From Azolla caroliniana (Eukaryota > Plantae > Polypodiophyta), in contig JBHGNT010000005.1 of NCBI GenBank assembly GCA_043228905.1, forward strand, positions 12,276,001-12,340,000: a stretch of DNA of 64,000 bases. The letters run 5' to 3'. Of this stretch, positions 63,633 through 64,000 are shown one piece after another. The notes under the pieces were generated by a model, which saw only the letters and a list, made by a program, of their open reading frames with translations, searched no databases and had not been told where the DNA came from. Both the position numbers and the translations under genes were made by a program. Each line of letters starts with the position of its first letter. Positions within the stretch are counted from its first letter, which is position 1.

Positions 63633-63911
63633 TAGTTACACAGTCAAAAACTCTCTTCAACGCTCTCTACCTTAACATAAAGTTTTGCTCTAGTTCCTTT
63701 ATACTAATACAACTTAGGACTATTTACAAATATGGCCTAAATAAGCACAACACTAAACCTATTTACATATGTGGCCTCTTCCGGATGCATATCCGGATTC
63801 GATACAGACACTGATTCGGATCCAAATCCGAATCCGGTCTCTCTTTTCCTTCAGATCCGACTGATCCAGCTCGTGCTCTCCTTCCCATCCGAAGGGACCT
63901 GTTTCCTAACA
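53693..63911 (-). mobile_element. Ty1/Copia retrotransposon C (decayed), interrupted by Copia D
   Basis: LTRs 53693-54239 and 63336-63911, TSD TATAT, PBS TGGTATCAAAGC (63332-63321), PPT AGGGGGAG. Gag 62914-63237; INT/RT fragments 54607-57311 (QLDVKTTFLHGDLEEEIYM). Confidence 0.92.
57325..62867 (-). mobile_element. Ty1/Copia retrotransposon D nested in the gag of Copia C
   Basis: LTRs 57325-57648 and 62566-62867 (contain (GA)n of different length), TSD TCTCT/CCTCT, PBS TGGTATCAGAG. Gag 61245-61823, WLLDSGA, VHSDVCGP, IIYVDDMLL, SKHIDVRYHFI. Confidence 0.92.
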
Positions 63912-64000
63912 TATATCACCAAAAGGTATCTTTCTTTCCATTAAGCCCCCTCCATACATACACATCCCCCTTTATATAGGAAAGACATGAAAATTACAAT

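Overview
Eukaryotic, almost certainly land-plant DNA (TTTAGGG repeat, tRNA-iMet primer sites, plant-specific RPP3 fragment; repeat style suggests a seed-free plant, which is inference). No intact host gene. The window is a nest of transposons, most with boundaries readable from LTRs, TIRs and target-site duplications (TSDs). It holds decayed Gypsy remnants and a non-coding LTR element (1-14.7 kb), and a Copia element (14713-53115) expanded to 38 kb by three insertions: a young chromovirus, a non-chromovirus Gypsy with an extra ORF, and a 7-kb Pack-type TIR element with captured SAM-synthetase and RPP3 fragments. Two nested Copia elements follow (53.7-63.9 kb). The standout is an 8819-bp TIR DNA transposon (26160-34978, 36-bp TIRs, GGAT TSD) inserted in the Gypsy RT. 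It encodes, head-to-head, a Sola-like DDD/E transposase and a six-exon gene for a ~974-aa protein fusing a ParB/Srx-like domain to a prokaryote-type beta-class N4-cytosine/N6-adenine DNA methyltransferase. Family assignments come from motif recognition only, without database searches.
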